Shown here one piece after another: positions 52,061 through 55,619 of a DNA stretch of 55,619 bases. The notes under the pieces are model-generated. The model was not told the DNA's origin and did not search any database. It was given only the letters and a program-made list of their open reading frames with translations. The stretch lies in NCBI GenBank assembly GCA_002424095.1, contig DIPL01000020.1, forward strand, positions 10,189 through 65,807. Reading direction: 5' to 3'. The translations under genes were made by a program, and so were the position numbers. The DNA comes from Christensenella sp. UBA5489. GTDB taxonomy: Bacteria; Bacillota; Clostridia; Christensenellales; UBA1242. The number at the start of each line of letters is the position of its first letter. The first letter of the stretch is position 1.

Positions 52061-53557
52061 TTAAACAATATGAACTTGTCGTGTGCCATCTACGAGATAT
52101 CTCAATTGATAGCCGTAATCATTAAACTCGACAATTTCACGTACTCCCGAATAAGCAACAAATTCTTTACTGAGTTTCCATCTGTTTGTTTCTGTATTAA
52201 AAATTAAGACTTTTCTATAAGTCATATTATTAAAATGATAATATATATAAATTGTTTGATAATCTTCTTGTATATATGCGTTTGGCTGTGAGCCAAATCC
52301 AATCTCTATAAAATAATCTCCATCATCTTGTTCTATATAAAATATTTTTCCGCTATTATGCAGAAGCAAATATCCGATTTCTTTATAATCAGACCTATAC
52401 CCTATACGCAAATCTTTGACAGGTGTGCAAGTAATAAATTCATTCGGAAAAGGCACAGCGTTCAATGTTGGAATATCATCCACAGTAAGTTGTTCTGGTC
52501 CTATGAAAAGTTGTTGGTTTAATGTCGTTCCACAAATGCAATAAGTTGCATCTCGCCAATGATATCCGCTCGAAGCATCATAGACATTATCAAACAATAG
52601 TGTATATTGCCCACTATTTTTTTGCGTTTTGTAAAGAGCATTATTGTCTCCACCAATGCTTAATTGCTCTATTGTTGTTGAATAATAGCCAAGCCTAACT
52701 TTTCTAGCAAGAAAACTGCGCATTATATTGATATTTAAATATGGCTCAGTTCCTGGAACTGTGATAATTTTCTCCCCATACTCGACATTTGCGCCAAACT
52801 GGTCTTCATATTGCACAAACCGTCCAGTATTGCTTATTTGACCTGTATATAAGCAATGTGTTTTATTCCCTCCAAAAAAAGTATTGACTGCATAATAAAT
52901 ATCACGATTTAAACATAAAAAATTTTGTCCGTTTTCGGTTATTATTTCCATATAGTCTAAAACACAATCCCAGAGAATGTTATTAGTAAACTGTACTTTA
53001 AATACATTTGAAACTTGTTTTGCAAAAAAATCAAAACTTATTTCAAGATTATAATCTTTATCGGTTATAAAACTTAAATTCAATTGTGTTTGTTCGCCGT
53101 TTATATAAAAATCTAAACTTGTAGAAGTCAAAAACGAAGGAATTCCCGATATATAAAGTCTGATAAAACCTGTCAACTGCGTTGCCGGAGAAACACGTGT
53201 GAACAGTGTGCCAAATGGTCCGTTATTTGCTTTCGAACCAATGCAAACTTTTACACTACCGCCAATATAATATAGCGGTTCAAAGGCAAATGCCCTAAGT
53301 CCTGTGCGGTATTGCAATTCATCAATTGATGAGCCATAATCAGAAATTTTTAAACTCATTAAATCTTGTGTTAAATTTGATATTGATATGCTGTGTTCGC
53401 CAATTAGTGATGAATGACTGCTTAATGTGCTAGAATGATTATTTAATGTTTCCGTAAGTGTTTCAACCTGTTCTTTCAATTCATTATCTTTCATTGCATT
53501 TTCATTAAATTTTATTCGCTTTTCGATTTCTTTATATTTACTTTGTAATTTATCCAT
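52061..53557 (-). CDS. hypothetical protein: ~80-aa N-terminal coiled coil plus large beta-rich domain (fibre-like, ORFan)
   Basis: GAGG lies 7 nt upstream of ATG 53557, whereas the track start at 53572 is a TTG that overlaps this SD. No signal peptide or TM helix. It has its own promoter and follows a terminator. Confidence 0.6.
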   Translation of the reverse strand: MDKLQSKYKEIEKRIKFNENAMKDNELKEQVETLTETLNNHSSTLSSHSSLIGEHSISISNLTQDLMSLKISDYGSSIDELQYRTGLRAFAFEPLYYIGGSVKVCIGSKANNGPFGTLFTRVSPATQLTGFIRLYISGIPSFLTSTSLDFYINGEQTQLNLSFITDKDYNLEISFDFFAKQVSNVFKVQFTNNILWDCVLDYMEIITENGQNFLCLNRDIYYAVNTFFGGNKTHCLYTGQISNTGRFVQYEDQFGANVEYGEKIITVPGTEPYLNINIMRSFLARKVRLGYYSTTIEQLSIGGDNNALYKTQKNSGQYTLLFDNVYDASSGYHWRDATYCICGTTLNQQLFIGPEQLTVDDIPTLNAVPFPNEFITCTPVKDLRIGYRSDYKEIGYLLLHNSGKIFYIEQDDGDYFIEIGFGSQPNAYIQEDYQTIYIYYHFNNMTYRKVLIFNTETNRWKLSKEFVAYSGVREIVEFNDYGYQLRYLVDGTRQVHIV

Positions 53558-53585
53558 TTCTATACCTCGCAAAATGTAATAATAT

Positions 53586-53614
53586 ATTTTAAATATGAAT
53601 TTTTATAAATACAA
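53586..53614 (-). promoter_or_regulatory. sigma-A-like promoter of the 498-aa ORFan
   Basis: On the minus strand: TTGTAT, 17 nt, TAAAAT, about 30 nt upstream of the ATG. Confidence 0.4.
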
Positions 53615-53644
53615 GAAAACAGGACATAATTTTGAGAATTAATT

Positions 53645-53674
53645 AAAAAAATCCGATTTTAATAATCGGATTTT
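53645..53674 (-). terminator. intrinsic terminator after the ABC permease gene
   Basis: TCCGATT-ttaat-AATCGGA stem extended by A/T pairs, followed by a T-run on the minus strand. It lies 26 nt after stop 53700. Confidence 0.7.
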
Positions 53675-53699
53675 AAATTTAAGTTTTTTCACTTTCAAA

Positions 53700-55619
53700 C
53701 TATTCAGTTCTTAAAGCAATGACAGGGTCTTTTTTTGATGCTGAATGAGATGGAATTAAACCTGAAATAAATGTTAATAATGTACTGAGCAAAATCAACA
53801 CAACAGCACTAATAATAGGTAAAGTGGCAATACCTACAATTCCCGTATATTCTGTAATTAATATATTTGCTGGAACACATAAAATTAGTGTAATTAAAAT
53901 TCCAAATATACCAGCCATAAAACCTATAATCAAACTTTCTGCCGTAAAAACACGCCTTACATCTCGTTTGCTTGCGCCTATACTTCGCAAAATTCCAATT
54001 TCTTTTGTTCGTTCAAGAACGGAAATGCTTATAATAATTCCAATCATAATTGATGATACAACCAGCGAAACAGCGACAAAGGCAATTAAAACAATTGCAG
54101 TCGAATCTATAATCATACTTATTGAACTCATCAACACATCAACATAGTCGGTATAAGTGATTTGCTTGCTTTCATCCACACTTTCGTTATATTCTGCAAT
54201 GAGATTTTCGATTTCTTTCTTTGAATCAAAATCAGCACAATAAATACTTATGCTCGACGGAGTTGCAACATCGATTTTTGATTTACTTAAATTTTTATCA
54301 TCAATTGAAGTGTTTTGTTTGTCAATCATAAATTCTGTTAATGCTTTACTGTATCCAATCGGACTGTTAATTGAAGTTGCTGAAACGTTTGGCTTTGGTT
54401 TCAAAATTGCCCTTATTGTGATTTCAAATGCTTCATCTTCAAACAAATTCGCTAAATGCGAATCGTATTGCTCTTGCGTTATATCATTTCCTTCCAATGC
54501 TTTTCTTATATCCACATATGCGCCACCTTCACCGATAGGTAGATAATAGTCAGTATCAAGCAAAAACTTATATTTCATTCCAAGAATTTCATTATATTCA
54601 AAAGATGACGGCTCAATTACATAATTTTTAGAATCAACCAATCCGGCAGCAATTTCTTCAATTGTCGGCGAAGTTTTTATTCCCAAAGCATAGAGCGAAT
54701 AATCAGTTAAATTGCCGCTTTCATCCAAAACTAAAACACAATCGTTAGTTCCCATTTGGTTTAAAAGTTTTTCGCAATCATTTTCTAAACCATCAGAATA
54801 ATTCGACGCAACAACATCATATTGAGAACTTATAAACTCATTATTATCAATCATTTCAGCCCAAAGATTAAGGTCAGAATTTTCAAGACTTTTTAAAGCC
54901 ATTTGAATATCCATTCCCATACTAAAATCCGTTCCACCGGAACTTCCCATTGAGTATAAACTGGCAAGATAATCATCTATTTTTTGCTTTTTTGCTTCAT
55001 CCGTGATATTTGCTTTTAAATCATTTATTTCATTCTCTGTTAATTCACGATTCGGATTTTCCAGAGTTTCTCTATATTCTTCTTCTAAATCTTTAAAAAC
55101 TTCTCTTTCCGCATATGTATCAAGCCAAAATTCAATACCACGATAAAACAATGAATTCGGATTTAATTGTTCATTTGCTTCTGAAAATATGGTTTTATTT
55201 ATGTTATAGGTATATTGAATTGCCGTGGTTAAATCTTTGATTTCTTCACTTTCATCAAGAAATTCTTTAAAAGAAGTTAAATCGTTGCTTGTCGATTTTG
55301 CCAAAATTGCTTTAAACAAATTCACAAGAGTATCGTTACTTGAAACGGCACCATCAACCTGCTCGCCATTTCCATCTCCCTGATTTAAAAAGGCGTCGAA
55401 AACTGATGAATAGTCCGTTGAGTTCGCTTGAATTGTTATAGGATAGGTTGAAAGAGTGTCTGTTTGAATGCTGTTGACATAGCCTTGGAAGCCATTTGAA
55501 AGTGCTAAAATTAAAGCAATTCCAATAATTCCAATACTCCCAGCAAACGAAACTAAAAACGTACGTGCTTTTTTAGTAAGCAAATTTTTAAAACTGAGAG
55601 ATAACGCCGTAAAAATTGA
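53700..55619 (-). CDS. MacB/FtsX-family ABC transporter permease with very large extracytoplasmic domain (5' end outside window)
   Basis: The C-terminal FtsX four-helix block (ERTKEIGILRSIGASK.. to ..DPVIALRTE). The frame stays open upstream of the track start (TTG 55583) to the window edge and reads SIFTALSLSFKNLLTKKARTF, the usual FtsX N-terminus. The CDS is therefore partial. Confidence 0.85.
   Translation of the reverse strand, partial: SIFTALSLSFKNLLTKKARTFLVSFAGSIGIIGIALILALSNGFQGYVNSIQTDTLSTYPITIQANSTDYSSVFDAFLNQGDGNGEQVDGAVSSNDTLVNLFKAILAKSTSNDLTSFKEFLDESEEIKDLTTAIQYTYNINKTIFSEANEQLNPNSLFYRGIEFWLDTYAEREVFKDLEEEYRETLENPNRELTENEINDLKANITDEAKKQKIDDYLASLYSMGSSGGTDFSMGMDIQMALKSLENSDLNLWAEMIDNNEFISSQYDVVASNYSDGLENDCEKLLNQMGTNDCVLVLDESGNLTDYSLYALGIKTSPTIEEIAAGLVDSKNYVIEPSSFEYNEILGMKYKFLLDTDYYLPIGEGGAYVDIRKALEGNDITQEQYDSHLANLFEDEAFEITIRAILKPKPNVSATSINSPIGYSKALTEFMIDKQNTSIDDKNLSKSKIDVATPSSISIYCADFDSKKEIENLIAEYNESVDESKQITYTDYVDVLMSSISMIIDSTAIVLIAFVAVSLVVSSIMIGIIISISVLERTKEIGILRSIGASKRDVRRVFTAESLIIGFMAGIFGILITLILCVPANILITEYTGIVGIATLPIISAVVLILLSTLLTFISGLIPSHSASKKDPVIALRTE

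Overview
AT-rich (roughly 30% G+C by eye) chromosomal segment from an endospore-forming, low-GC Firmicute (Clostridia-like). Sporulation markers are spoIIE, a SpoVB/MurJ-type flippase, a YetF/DUF421-DUF4363 pair, and a 26-aa spoVM-like ORF that is too short for the ORF track. Most of the window is housekeeping: der-plsY, a lipoprotein S1C protease with an MreB-like gene, minD and a minE-like gene, yloU-yloV opposite rpmB, rpoZ-priA-def-fmt, proS, lepB-ychF, gpmI, a patatin-like lipase, two metallophosphoesterases, a P-type Ca2+-ATPase and a MacB/FtsX permease that runs off the right edge. I saw no rRNA, tRNA, CRISPR, transposase or integrase. The stand-out is a ~16-kb block on the minus strand (19.9-35.9 kb) between rpoZ and proS. 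It encodes two paralogous giant proteins (2201 and 1631 aa) with a signal peptide, a GLUG-type repeat array, Listeria-Bacteroides/InlB B-repeats, a conserved C-terminal TM helix and a short conserved cytoplasmic tail, and no LPXTG. These are followed by three ORFans, a clear ParM/Alp-family actin-like ATPase, a P/Q-rich protein ending in a short helix, and a tail-anchored zinc-ribbon protein. I propose this as a candidate actin-like cytoskeleton and giant-adhesin module; the only support is gene co-location and protein architecture. The rpoZ-side junction of the block carries a decayed copy of priA codons ~88-130, which suggests a past rearrangement. Several ORF-track starts overshoot (der, minD, ychF, gpmI, fmt, the 503-aa ORF) and are corrected using SD and promoter evidence. 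All family calls come from motif recognition by eye; no searches were run.
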